A stretch of DNA of 63,985 nt, the filler included, from Circinaria calcarea (lineage: Eukaryota): assembly GCA_051942165.1 (NCBI GenBank). It is 4 parts of 4 records of this genome, joined end to end, with 100 filler letters (N's around TTAATTAATTAA, not from the genome) between each part and the next. Parts side by side here need not be neighbours in the genome. Positions count along the whole stretch, not along the records: positions 1 to 16,767 come from JAVECS010000303.1; 3 more parts are not named here. The stretch is one strand, 5' to 3'. Position 1 is the first letter of the stretch, and each line of letters opens with the position of its first letter. Made by a program: the position numbers and the translations under genes. The notes under the pieces were generated by a model. That model was not told the DNA's origin. It saw only the letters and a list, made by a program, of their open reading frames with translations, and did not search any database. Positions 1 to 13,645 of the stretch are shown here, in pieces.

Positions 1-61
1 GGGGACGAAGGGGTTGGGGGATTAAATTAGATGAGAAGGGGAAGAAGGGGGGATTGGTTGC

Positions 62-1371
62 CTTATATCTTCGTCTTCCGAGGCCTCGAAGCCGGCTTCA
101 TTGAGCATCTTGATCCCATCTGCGAAACGTATCCGAGGGGCGCGGCCTTCGGGGATCTGGAAGTTGCCGGCGTCTGGGTATTCGCGCTGGATGACGCTCA
201 TGTGGTATTTGCAGCGTTCACGGAGACCTTTGAATATAAAGACTAGGAGATCCTCGGCGAAGTCGATGATTTCTTCCCAACTGTTGTGAATTTCCATTTC
301 GAAGTCGAGACCGGTGAACTACAACCGGGTGAGAAGAGCTTGCAAGATGGTGAAGGGCTTGGGATCACTTACCTCGGTGAGATGGCGTGGCGTGTTGCTG
401 TTTTCCGCTCGGAATACCGGTCCTATCTCGAACACTCGCTCCATATCCCCTGCTATGGCCATCTGCTTGTAGAACTGTGGACTTTGCGTGAGGAAGGCGG
501 GCGTGTTAAAGTAATTGATCTCGAAGACACCGCTGCCGCCTTCTGTAGCAGCACCAGCGATCTTGGGGGTTTGGAGTTCTTGAAACTGATGCTTCAACAT
601 GAATTCGCGGAACAGCTCACAGACGGCTCCATTGATGTGGAAGATGGCTTGATCCGTAGGCGTCCGTAGGCTGAGGACACGGTTATTGAGACGTGTGGCC
701 AGACTGACGATCGGTGTGCCTTGACTATCGACCTGGCCTTCACTATCCTCTTCCTCACCGGTGGGCGGTGGGCGCATGGCATCCTTGACTTGCATGGGCA
801 ATTGAACCGGACCTTCAGAGATGATGAAAACCTTCTCGACGTGAATCTCAAGGTTTGAAATGGTGGCGGAGTGTATCGGGTCCTTTGGCTTCTTGACGAG
901 TCCGGTCACCAAGACGATAGACTCTCGGTTCAATCCACCAGTCCACTTCACCATCTGTCTCGAAATTCCATTCTTTCCTCCTTCCGCAACCACGGCCTGA
1001 ATATTCTCTGTCCGCTGTCGAAGATCGAGGAATGCAAGCTTGGCTGATTGTACTCTTGCGTTGTGCACCCGCGCCCTAATCGTCACCTCCTTCCCTTCCC
1101 ATTCCTCACTCAACTCACGCAGAGCTGTCGGGGTCAAAGTTTTCCCTTCGCCCTGCTCCCCGATCCCGCCAGAAAGTTTCCCATATAGGTGTTTCGCCGT
1201 ATCATTTGCTTCAGCCTTCTCTTTCTCTTGACGTTCTTGTTCCTGTCGCTTCGCCGCCTTTTGGGCCTTTTCCATCTCTTTGGCAGCTTTCTTTATGGCA
1301 TTTTTGGATGGTGCTCCGCTTTCTTCACCTTTGGGATGGACTGGAAGGTCCTGTTGTTCCTTGGAAGCCAT
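62..1371 (-). CDS. DPS1: Cytosolic aspartyl-tRNA synthetase, 3' end runs out of the window
   Basis: Lys-rich N-terminal extension, OB-fold (IRARVHNARVQSAKLAFLDLRQ), class II motifs (TPKIAGAATEGGSGVF, LTQSPQFYKQMAI, EIGPVFRAENSNTPRHLTE). Intron 372-319 (GTAAGT...TAG) joins to FTGLDFEME; exon 2 runs 318-62. Confidence 0.92.
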
Positions 1372-1817
1372 GGTCAGAGAATAAATTCCGGGTTCGGGGA
1401 GGCTGGTGGGGTATCGAAGTGTCCTAACGATGATTCATATCTCGAATGCGGTTGCCGAGCTCCCCATGTCAACCGATTAGGGTTATACCAATTTACAAAA
1501 CTCGGTTGTTTGGAGAAGTCACGTTATTACCTTATATTTGACTTGGCACTTTGTTGACAGGACTTCCCTTTGCTTAACGTGACCTAAGTCATTCTCTGCT
1601 CCACTATAATATGCCTTGCTGCCGCGAGTAAGGGGGACGAGTATTAAATTTGTGAATTACTTCAGGTCGGCGAGCTCTCTAATTAGTTGTCAAGCCCGCC
1701 CACCATCCACATCTACAAAGATATGCCCCAGCCTTGACACCTTAGGGCTCTAGCCGAATTCGCTATTTGGGGTATCAACCGAGAGAAAAACGCCCCTTAG
1801 ACCCCCCAAACGCCGGT

Positions 1818-4800
1818 TCAAGCTTCTAGGACAGTGCTACGCCTATCCTGACAAGTAAACAGATTAACGTGGTTGTCATTTAAAGCCGCACAAGCGAGCA
1901 TCATCCGGTGAGGGTGAAACGTCGTCGATGCGATAGGAGTTGAGCGGTTATGCTGGAGGAAGCTAGAGTAGGGCTCGATGCTATTGAGAAAAGCCGAGTT
2001 GACATTGAAAACATTTATATTATGGCGGTCGGATCCCCTACGCAGTTTTACGCATTAGTATCCGTAAAGGGATATGTAAACCCGGTTTCAAAATGGAGTA
2101 CTTACGTAGCGAACACAGGGGCATGCTCGTGAACACTCAGTGTGCGCAGTGTATCTCGTGTCGCCATAATTGTTCGAAGAGGCTCGTCCATACGAATATC
2201 CCATAGCCTAATTTCCCCATTGCGACTACCACTGACGAGCTCCCTCATGCCACCTCGCTGCATGTGTACGTTTGTAATCCATTGCTTGTGGTGGCGCCAC
2301 GCTTTCTTCATTGCTGTCGCAGGTTTGTCACGTAAATCAAAGACACGAACCGCTCCGTCGCCGTACCCGGCAACAAAGACGTTACCGGCAACTTGATCAG
2401 AAGTTAGGGAAGTGATGCAAGATCCAGACCGTGCCGGTATTTCCTGATAAGGTCAGATAATGCTAGAAATCGTTCCAGATGACAGACTTACATTAGTGCA
2501 GATCTCAGTAGCCGCGTTCCAGACCCGAATAACTTTAACATCACCGGCAACAAGCAGCTTACCTTGCCCTTGTTGCCAGTCAAATACTAGCCCAGCGTTC
2601 TTGTTACTTGGGACTAAGTCATTCAAACCTCGGAAGGCTGATACTACTTCTACTCGCTTCTCCGAATCATAGTCACGGAAGATTTTGATAACACCATCAG
2701 AGGAGCCCGATATGAGTAAAGCTTGATCGTCCTCGTTGATAAATCGAGCTTCGTTGATCCTTGACCCGGGTGGATTACCGTTGGAAAACCGGTTTAGCCG
2801 GGTGCTTCCTTGCCAATTCCAAATGCTGCTGCTGTTTAGCATAGGTACTTTCGATAATAGAGACGGCTTACCATATGGTATCCCGATCGTCGGCAACAGC
2901 AAGGTGGTCCTCGAATTGGTGAAAACACATCTTCATTGGCTGACTTCCGTTATTAATGAAACCGGAGGCAATGTCCCATCGCGTCGTTCCCGCAAGACCT
3001 TTCAAAGGCTGTGTAGCACTAAGTGTCTTTTCATTACGCATCCTACGCCAGAGTCGCGAGTTGTAATCATCGCTACCCGGTTCGTCTGGCTCATTAGGCT
3101 TCATTTGAGGTTCCCGGAAATACTAAACTCTGATTAGCCTGGAAGCAAAAATTCCGCTACTAAATGCTTCCACTTACCTCGATGGACCACTCATAAAATC
3201 CACTCTTTAATGGGAGCACGAGATCTTCGTTAGGGTTCCGAGGTTTGTAACCCCGTGTATTTGGGGTCTTGGCTTGCTGATAGGTTTGCGAGATTGACGT
3301 CGGGTCATGAGCATCGGGTGGACGACTCCATTCTGCAGGAGCCTGAGCCCGTAGATGTCCGGCAGCTCGATGCTGTTGGTTCGGTGCATTCATTGCACCA
3401 CTGCGATTTACTGTTGATGTTGAAGGATCCACAGTAGGCGGCCCTCCTAGTGCCAGATGCTTCAGTGCGGCTGCGACACTTGCAGTGCGTTTGATGCCCA
3501 ACGAAATGTAGCTTCCGTTCCTCTGATTCTGTATAGGTGTCGATAAGACGGGAGGTTGCACCACTTTCGGCGAAGGGGCTGTGGATGGCTGGTGAGACGG
3601 CTTAGGATGTCGTCCCAATTGATCAAGGTTTTCTAGGACTGTCATCGCTTGAGGGCCTAATGCCGAAGCAAGCAATCTCATATGGACATAATCTATGACA
3701 ATGATAGCCTTCTGCGCGACTTCAGGATGAGGATCAACGGACATGATCAGAAGGTACTTCCACATGGTTGCATGCGCACTATTCCTCGATATCTGCTCCC
3801 TCGGCGAGTGCTCAAAGTCGTCATCACCACCGCATCCATTCCTGCCATTTCCAGTTTTCACATTCGAATTTTGTAGCCTCTCTCGCTCGTCGAGTAGTCC
3901 TTCATAAGCAACGACGAGGAACTTGTTCTCGTATCGCTTTACAAAAGTCGAGAAGAACACGACAAGTTCTTTTCGCACCATACTGTTGCCATCAGATGTC
4001 ATTATCATAACAGTTGAGGCCACGGCTTGTTCAGTTTGCGCCACTTGCTCGGTCAAGTCGGGTATCCCAAGGAAATTTGTCAACGCATGTAGTGCCGCAG
4101 CTCTTACTTCAGGAACAGGATCCACGACCATCTCACACAGACGCTTGTGGGCTGAGACCCGGATGCCAGCCCATATAGCATCAGGGAAGTTTTGCCACAA
4201 CATGCTGATGCACAAACAAGACCATTGACGTAGTAAAGGGTTATCCAGATCGTTTAGGTGTCCAAGGCAAGCATGAAAAAGGTCTGGAGACAAAGATACC
4301 ACCTGACCTTGATGGAACTCCCGGCAGAACATTGCGATGATAAACGCCGACATGGCACGATGCTCGCTCGCATTGGCAACAGGTATGCCGGCCTCTGGCT
4401 TGAGCACGGATAGAAAGTATTTGTAGCCGTTGTCCTTTAGAAGATCAGTCTGGCAGGATTGGTCCACAGCTAAGATACGAGCCCATATGAAGATCATGAC
4501 AGGCTTGAGTTCATGGGCAGCTGACTGCAGCAACTTGAGGACGTAGGGAAATATTCCTATACTCAGTGCGAGATTCACCGCCCAAGGGCCTAGGTCCAGG
4601 AATTTACTTAGCAAGACTAGGGCACGGAGTCGATGGACTTGACTAAGCAAGACTTGTAGTACTATCGGTAACTGATCCGGGGCTTTTTGCTGAGGTGCGC
4701 CCTGTGAAAGGTAGACCTCAAATGCTGTCAACTGTTCGGTAAAGAAGCTTGAATGCTGGTACTCGTAGTGGGGTCCTCCTTCTTCACTTGCTATAAGAGC

Positions 4801-4999
4801 CGGTAACTGTGCTAGAACCATTTCAATAGCCAGGTCCCAGGCTTGCCACAACGGATGTGTGTGTGTCACGGGTAATGCCGGCTGGGTTGTTGGGTGACAA
4901 AAGTTCGCTCTCATAAGTCTTTCGGCAAGGAGGTAGTTGCGAAAGAGAGCTGCAACCATGAGATCTTGCCTAAAGAGCTTTCGAAATAGCGTTCGGGGT

Positions 5000-5031
<32 letters not shown>

Positions 5032-6134
5032 GGTGAAGATCCAGTTCAACTCTCCTAGTGCAGTGCGGCGTTCTTGTAAGCGACCTGGAACCTTATCAAG
5101 GTCTTTAAGAGTGACCGCCAAAGGCAACGGGCTACTCAAGACAAAACATCTCAACGATATTGTTACGGGAGTAGTTAGGCAGGAGGTGAACAAATCGGCT
5201 GGTAGATCTGGGTTTGTCGGCAACGTCTCAGTCTTTCCGCAAGCAGCAAGAATTATGTTGTCATTATAAGCCTGTATTACGGCATTCGGGTCTTTCTGTC
5301 GAGCTTCTATATTCTCCGCTTCATGCTTCTCCACACAGCGATCAAAATTCTGTATGACGTTCCCAGCATGGGACACATCCAACACATAGATACTTGGGCC
5401 CGCCAGCCACAGTTGAAGATCGTATAGTGAGACTGGAATATACTGGGTGTAGGTTTTGTTGAAGTACCACACTTCACCAGAGGCGGTTGGGAGCGGTACT
5501 CCGTGACCGTTGTAATGAAATAGTACACGCTCATCCCTTGCGTTGCGACGGAGTGTTACACAGCATCTCTTGGTCTCGTCCACAGAAGGATCAAGGAACT
5601 GCTTGTAGCGGGTACGGATACTTAATGTCTCATACTGCGTCTGTAGCGCTTTCCCGATCCTTTCCATCACCTTGGTGTTCTCGGAGCTCGGCGAGGTAGG
5701 GTCGATCCAGCATTCGAGGGTTGCCGTGGGGTTTGTCTTGACAACGTCCGGTGGATCAACGCCAATATTCAAACACAGCATGAGGCCTGCAAACACAGTC
5801 TTCACCCGGTCCCGCATACGCCATTCCTGAGATGGATGTGTATGGTCTTCTTGTTTGGGTTCCCCACCGGTATCGTGACGCTTGTCGGTATAGTACATGT
5901 AGAATGCCTGAAGTATTTCAGTAGGTATAATGAAGTGTAATGTCTAAATATAGGTGCACTGACTGAATTCAAGATGGTAAGATATTCTTCGGAGTTGTAC
6001 TGCTCCTCCCAGCCATGGCGAAGTTCCCAGTTCTCCTCGTCTCTCGGCTGCCTTGACGGTGACAGCCTTCTGGGCCCGTAATCAGTAGTTGCTCGCAGTA
6101 ACGGAGTAGGTCGTTGTTGAGTAGCCGTTGCCAT
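1818..6134 (-). CDS. KOG1: TORC1 subunit Raptor/Kog1/Mip1 (RNC domain, HEAT repeats, WD40 repeats), multi-exon
   Basis: RNC motifs (WRMRDRVKT, CLNIGVDPPD, RVLFHYNGHGVP, ADLFTSCLTTP, LFRQDLMVAALFRN), HEAT/ARM region, WD40 exons at 2100-3130. Last exon read manually (…TFHPHRMMLACAALNDNHVNLF…LEA*, stop at 1820-1818). ATG at 6134. Confidence 0.95.
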
Positions 6135-8788
6135 CTTTGCTATATCTGTGCCTTGAATCAGCTTGGCTACAGCTATCAACGCCTCTTACCCACGTCTCGA
6201 GCAAATATGTGCCGGCTGTTCATACCTTATACCTATAAGGTATTGTGGTGATTAGGCTCGCCCTTCGCAACTATGCAGCGAGCTTCTGTACGATTAACCC
6301 ATTTATTGGAAAGCACCTGAAGCGCATAGGCCTTGAGCGAAGCCCTTAGACACGCTTTATAATTGAGATTAATACCTTCTGTCTGATCGCGCTGGTCAAT
6401 TATAACGCATGCGCGTTTGAACGTCGACTTTCGCATGCGTAAGGTAAGCTGGACAGCTGGATTATCGATAGAGGGGTCCAAGGCCTCGGAAGGCCGGGCC
6501 TTGTCCGCTCCGAATGCGAGGTGCTCCGTAGGTAGGGAAACCCAAATTTAGTCGTGTGACTCGTCTGTCTAACGCCGATACAAATGCTGAATGAGCATCA
6601 GGCTGTTCTCTGAATTCTGATAGAGCTAATCTTCACGACAACAAATTAACAAATACTAACTGAAATCAATTTCTTGAAATACTATTTGTTTTCTAAATCA
6701 TTCTTCAACAGATGAGCAGACCTGATACATGGCGCCTCCTATATGCACAGAATAGTTGTGCTCAAAGTAAATCAGGGTTGCTTCTCATCTCCCCGAGATT
6801 GTTCATGCTAGTATGGAGATGTGCTATTACGAGGTTAGGAATTATATAAGTAGCAATTCTATAAACTATTGTAATATAGTAGTAGAGTATCGCCAGGAAG
6901 ATAATTAGGAAGGATCGGCTGTAAAGAATGTAAGCCGGCATATCGAGCTAAAATTCTAGGTCCCTGAGTTTTGAGCTTCACAAGTACATAAAGGTACTGA
7001 CTGAACTTATCTCTATGCTATCTCGATATTAGGTAAACAGTACTGGCGCCATCGAACATTACTCCCATTAGCGTCAATTCAGAAGAAGTGTTTGGTGAGC
7101 TTTTCTTGGGGATGCCCATACGGTGGACTCTTGGTGAAGAGGTGCAACCTTAAAGCTATACCATAGGCTTGCTTCAGTAATTGGAAACGCCACACGGTAA
7201 GTCATGTTATATCGTGCGAAGTAGAGTCAGAAGGTGGACACTCCTTAGCGAAGAGTTATCTGGACGAGAGTCCGTCGAGAATTGTACGCTTCTCTTGCGG
7301 GTTCTCCATGAAGGGGAACGTAGGTATAAAGAACTCATTGCTAACTTCCCCGGTGATGAACTGATCATCTAGTTATGCACTTAATGTCTCTTTTCGCCAC
7401 TAATATTCTGAGTCAAGGTTTTATCACCTTATGCAAGACATGGGTTCGGCTCGACAGCAAACAGATGATGGGAATCAACAAAAACGAGTTTAGGAGTTGT
7501 ACATTGAAAGACATGGTGTGAAATTAAACCCATATGAAGTGTCGACTTGATAATCACGCCACTCATCAATCTGTCCCTGCCTTTAACTCACAAGGGTTGC
7601 TTCTTTCTTCTTGGGCCTGTAAGACGATAATTATCGGGTCGATTCCACGAGTATCAGAAAGGAAGTTCTGCTCGCAATACTCGGGAGTCAAAGCGCCGCA
7701 ACTTGACTCTCAGCAAACGATTGATATGAGAGTCAACGCCAAAGATCTCCATAGCTACATCATAGTATGTGCGTATAAGCAACAGATTAACGTCCAACAT
7801 AAGATATGGAATCCGCTTGGGTGCCTTGTTCCAAATAGCCTAGGGCTGCGCGTGAACCCCCAACACAATGTTTAGAATCTTGCAGCTCTCCTTGATGATT
7901 GGGTATTGCTTCTCCAGATGAGAATGCCTTAATCCGCTTTGATGCGTCCGCAGTATATATCAAATATCAGCATCATGACCTCGCACCACCTTCCCGTTGT
8001 CATATCTAAGCGAGCAGACTAAAAAACCTGAAACGCGTCGGCCTTTGGGTCCGCCCAAGGAATCGTGGACAAAGCGGGTTAGATCCAGGGGAAGACCGAC
8101 CCACGTGATTTACCGGCATATGGAATCATGGGATTGGGGAATCAGTTGTGTGGTGTGTGGCTGTGGGAGTTTCTTGGGATCCTGAAAGATTCGTAGAGTA
8201 TCAAGGGGATTGTATCACTTCAACCACTTCGATAAATGTCACTGTAGTCGATCTAGTACATTCGGGCTCTGTGCCACCGGTAAGATTTTGTTGGCTGCGT
8301 CTCGGGGACCGTTGCTTACCATAACTCAGGAGGTTGGCTCCCTGCCCGCCCTGCAATCGAAAACCAGGAACCTGCCAAAACGGTCTAACCGCATTTCTCC
8401 ACCAAGAATCCGTAATTCCTAACTCGCCCCCTCCCCAGTACCTAACTGTGTATCTATTCTTTCAGCCAATGCATTATTGATCGCACTCCGTCTCCCGTCA
8501 ACATAGTCGCAAATATTCTCGCCCCATAACCTGCTGAGACTGCTTGGACTGGTACACGCGGCACGCCCTCTTGTGATCTCTCTGCCTTTGAGTGGAAAAT
8601 GCAGATTCCTTACTCCTGAGACTCCAAGCGCGAACTCAACCCGCTCGACTGTCTCCGCCCTGGTGCTACAGCTCTTCAGGAGACGTTAGGGACGAGTAAG
8701 AGTCGGTGGAGGCCACTACGTTGCTTTGAGCAGTCGCAGGATCGGGTCGCATTGCTAGACGGTATCGATTGCGTTATCGGGTGCAGCC

Positions 8789-11700
8789 ATGTCGTTTCTG
8801 TTTGGCAAGAAGAAGCCGCCTCCCCAAGGAGTGGCATCAGCCCAACGAGATACACCTTCAGCAAACACTTCGAGCGCCGCTGTTCATACCGTCAATGGCT
8901 CGCGCGAGAAGGAGAGAAGCCCTGGTGCGGGACATAACACAACTCCAGGAAGCAGTATCAATAACTCTCTAAACTCGCTTGAAAAAGGCCCCACCCCGAG
9001 TCCGGAGCACGGGTCAGGCAATCGTGTAGGTTCAGTGTCAGATGGCCAAGTAAGCTGTCCTTCCGATCGCTGCGCACCGCCCCTGGTTCATTTTTGGAAT
9101 CGGAGTCGGGGAGCTTGATCATGGTGCTAACTATGTGACCAAGGTACAACAATACGGTCCTCGACCGGGGATAAACGGTCCTACACCGTCTGGAGGAAAT
9201 CCCAATTCTCAGCTATATCCTTGGTCACAACGACGGCTAACCTTTACTACATCCCAGCCAAATCCTTTCCCCCGTTATGGCGCGGCCGTAAATGCTACAT
9301 CATCTAAAGAGGGAGACGTATATCTTATGGGAGGTCTAGTTGACGGGATTAAGGTCAAAGGCGACCTTTGGATGATCGAGGCTGGGAGTGCCAGTTTAGC
9401 TTGTTATCCAATATCAACCGCAGCAGAGGGTCCGGGACCACGCGTTGGCCATGCGAGCTTGCTGGTAGGCAATGCCTTTATCATTTTTGGCGGCGACACG
9501 AAGCTACAGGAGGGTGATGCGTTGGACGATACTCTCTATCTCCTGAACACTTGTAAGAACTCGAAGAGATAAGCTGTCGAGTTGCCAGGCTAATAGAGGT
9601 TTAGCAACCCGGCAATGGTCGAGAGCTATGCCGTCTGGTTCCAGGCCTGCTGGGAGGTATGGGCACACTCTGAATATTCTCGGTTCCAAAATCTATATTT
9701 TCGGCGGACAGGTTGAAGGGCACTTCTTCAACGATCTCATCGCATTTGATCTGAACGCTTTACAAGACCCCAACAATCGCTGGGAGCTACTAGTACCGGA
9801 TAGTCATGACGGTGGTCCTCCAGATGGAGAGATACCACCCGGAAGGACAAATCACACGATTGTCAGCTGGATGGATAAGCTCTATCTGTGAGCAGAACTG
9901 CAGCAATCTTTCAAGCCTTCGCTAATTGTCTGCTAGATTTGGTGGCACAAACGGTACCCATTGGTTCAACGATGTTTGGTCCTACGACCCGCGCACCAAT
10001 GTATGGAGCCAGCTAGACTGCATCGGTTATATACCGGCTCCAAGAGAAGGACACTCAGCAGCCCTCGTCAACGACGTAATGTACATATTCGGTGGCAGGT
10101 CTGAAGAGGGCAACGACCTAGGAGACCTTGCCGCTTTTCGAATTACATCGAGACGGTGGTATACGTTTCAGAACATGGGAATCTCTCCATCCCCACGCTC
10201 AGGTCACAGCATGACTGCGTATGGGAAACAGATAGTAGTACTGGCGGGCGAGCCAAGCTCTGTAGCAATGGACCCAGGCGAACTGAGTTTGGTGTATGTC
10301 TTGGATACGGCGAAAATAAGGTATCCAAACGATCAACAAATTCAGCAAACGCCAACTGGTGAGCGAGTACCGGGGAATCGTCGCCCTAGCACGGAGAAGA
10401 GCGCGTTGCCACAGAGCAAAGGCGTGTTATCACGAGATCCGTCAGCTGCTCCTGATGGGTCAAAGCGATTATTCAGCGGCTCGAGAGAGAATATTGCAGG
10501 TGGACCAGGGCCAGCAGTTCGTGGACAAGAAACAGGTGCACCGAATCCCCCTAATACAATAGGACCTGGGTCGCGACTTCCACGCGTCACAACCGCGCAA
10601 GCTCCTTCAGGGCCTCCCCCTCAGCAACAGGCTCCACAACCGCGTATCAACGGGGTGATGCAGGGCGCCACTGGACCGCGGAGCAGAACACCGACCAAGG
10701 AGAGCAGGCCTCACGGTCCTCCTCTGGATACATCCCGTGCGGCTTCATTCGAGCGACAGGAAGCTTCCCCGGCAATGCATGAAAATCAGCAAGCCCCTTC
10801 AAACCGAGCAATGAGCCCAATTGCGAATGGGATAACCCCCCCATTGGCCAACGGGCGGCGCACGCCAGTCCAACAATCGTCGAGGCTCACAAATAAGTCA
10901 CTTGATGAAGAGGAACATCCCGGAAACGACGGGCCACGTTCACGATCTCGTCAAGGCCACCCACAACCATTTGTAGAGCAGTCTGAGGCTGCGCTGTATT
11001 CGAATGAAGCTCAAAAGAGGTCTTCTCCTAATCAATATGACGGGGTGGATGATACATCTGTATCTGAAAGCATTACCGGACGCGGACCGGACACCGGGCT
11101 TGTGGAGCAACTTGAAAGGACGACTAGGGAGCTGGACGCCGCCAAAAGTCGCAACGCCTGGTATGCATCTGAGTTGGAGCTAGCACGGAAAGCTGGCTAT
11201 CATCAGGATTCTTCACGCGGCCCAGCTCTGGAGGACAGTGCAGCTCATTCGTTAAGCGAAACCGACCATTCGCTGGTCGAAGCGCTTTTGGCTATGAGAA
11301 AAGAGCTAGCCGATGTACAAAGTTCTGTTGGGTCTCGAGTTCAAGAGGCAGCTCAGAAAGTATTCGAAGTTGAGCAGCAGAGGGACGCTGCCATCAGAGA
11401 AGCTACTTTCGCCAAAGCTAAATTTGCTGCGCAAGGTGGTAGCAAAGCTGGTACTCCCCAACCGGATGACACATCACGAGGTCTGGCTAATTCTGACCGC
11501 TCGATGGATATGACTCGTAAGCTAGGTTCGGCACTGATACTACAAGATCAACTTCGATCAAAGGCAAATACCATGGCAGTGGAGCTTGAGAGTGAAAGGA
11601 GAGCAAGAGAATTAGCGGAGGCCAGTGCAGACGCAGCACATCGTACAGTCGCGGAACTCAAGCTGGGCCGCCATCCTGGAGAGATTGACAGTCTCCGTGC

Positions 11701-13645
11701 AGAATTGCACCAAGCGGAGAAAGCAGCAAGGGAAGAAGCTGCTCAAAGAGCGGATGCACAAGCTAAAATCCAACTTCTAGAGGTTGATAAAGAAGAACTC
11801 ATTCACCAACTAGAGGATGCAATGAGTAATTCAAAAGCCCATATTGCAACATTGAGCTCACTTCGGGAAGCCGTCGCTGCGTCGAATGATAAGACCTCAT
11901 TACTTGCAAGGAAGCTAGACGAGGAGCGAGAGCATCGAGACAACATTGAGCGCAAGCTACTCCAGCTAAAGTCGGAGCATGAGGAACGAACCGGTGAGCT
12001 TGAGACAACGGCGAGAAAGCTGCGCGATGCGGAGGAGCTTGCCGATAAACATTTTACCGAGGCCCAAATGCATCGAAACGTTCTCCTATCCGGGCTTGAT
12101 AAGCTCAATGCTAGAGGCCCTGATGACCATCGAAATACAGCAATTGATGAACGGGTGACTATATTGCAGCGGCAAGTGAACGATGCAAACGCCCTTGTAA
12201 GGAAGAACCAGGCAGATGCTGATAACGCTGCTGAAAAGCTCAGGCGGGCAGAAGAGAGAATCGCCGGTCTCGAAGCATATCAGGAGCAGGCAAGCCATGA
12301 GAACCTCAGTATTCGCAGGCAACTTCAAGAGGCGGTTCGAGAGACTCAGACCTTGCAAGCTCACAACAATGAAGTGCGGCAGCAACTTGATGCCCATAAA
12401 CGGGACGCTGGTGCTTTAGCGATACAGTATACAGCTTTGAAAGAACTGCTTGATGAGAGACCCTCGAGTGGTCCTGGGCACGACAGGTCGCAAACCTTCG
12501 ACAGTCCAGGAGAACGCCATGAAAGTCCAGATAGAGATCATGTTCACAACCTTGAGCTGCAACTGATTGAAAGCCAAAAAGCATACGAAGAGAATAGAGC
12601 AGCTTTTGAAGCCAGAGAACAGGAGGCCGATAGAGCCTATCGAGAAAAGCTGGAACAGCTGGAGCAAGACTATCAATCTGCGGTACACTATGTTAAAGGC
12701 ACAGAAAAGATGCTCAAACTTATGAAGGACGAACTTGCGAAATACAAAGATCATAACGCTCGCTTGCAGTCTGAGATGGAAGATACTCAGCGGATGCATT
12801 CCGCTCGATCCATTGATGCAGAGGCACCTGCGGATTGGGAGAATGAACGACAGTTACTAAGACGCGAAATTGAGGAGATGCAAGAGAGCGTCAAGGGATC
12901 TGTTTCTCAGCTCGAGAATCAAATGGAGGAGGTTCGTTCCGAGCTTCGTGTTGTACAAGAGGAACGCGATCACTACCGTGCTGTCAATGTGCAAGCTCAG
13001 CAGCAGTTGAATCAAGTCCACGAGAGAGCTCAGTCGGATCTCAATCAACTACGGATTGAAAATGCACGCCTAGAAACACGAGCAGCAGATGCGGAGCATA
13101 AGGTGTCTTTGTTACTCGACCAGGTCGAGTCGTCTGTGGATCACTACAGAAGACAGTCGCAGTTGACGCAGCCCAGCGGGTACAACCACACGCGGAATGC
13201 CAGCTCAAATTCGAACATTAACCTCGGCAGTCATTCGCATAACAACAGCATAGGTGCGGATTCGGCCTTCAATACCACTGCTCCCGACGACCGCAACAGC
13301 GTTGCGCTTGACAGCCTCGCATCCGAACTCGAGACTTTACGAACACAATGGGAAGGTACACATCGGACCTATCGACTGAGTAGCCAGTTTGATTTCGAGA
13401 GGACGCCGACCACGGCCACCGGCGTTGAACTGAGCGACAGCCTGGCTAGCTGGCGGAGGAGGCTGGACGCCGAGGAACGCGACAAGGAAAATAGCCGAAG
13501 CCCGGTGCACAGCCCGACCGGGGGTCTTCCGAACGGTCGAGTCGCAAGTCCTCGTGGGGGAGAGATGGAAAAAGAGCGCGCACGAGGAGGGTTGGTCAGT
13601 CCATTCAGGAAGCACGGCGACGAGTCTCCCTTGAACGTCATCTGA
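8789..13645 (+). CDS. Kelch-repeat cell polarity protein (Kel1/Tea1-like) with long C-terminal coiled coil
   Basis: MSFLFGKKK start, kelch repeats (FPRYGAAV, GPRVGHAS, AGRYGHTL, PGRTNHT, APREGHSA, SPRSGHSM) spread over exons joined by GT-AG introns, followed by about 700 aa of coiled coil. Confidence 0.9.

Noticed and set aside
7500..7990. Semi-open frames in the KOG1-kelch intergenic region
   Set aside because: Interrupted by stops with no identifiable family; too weak to call a pseudogene.
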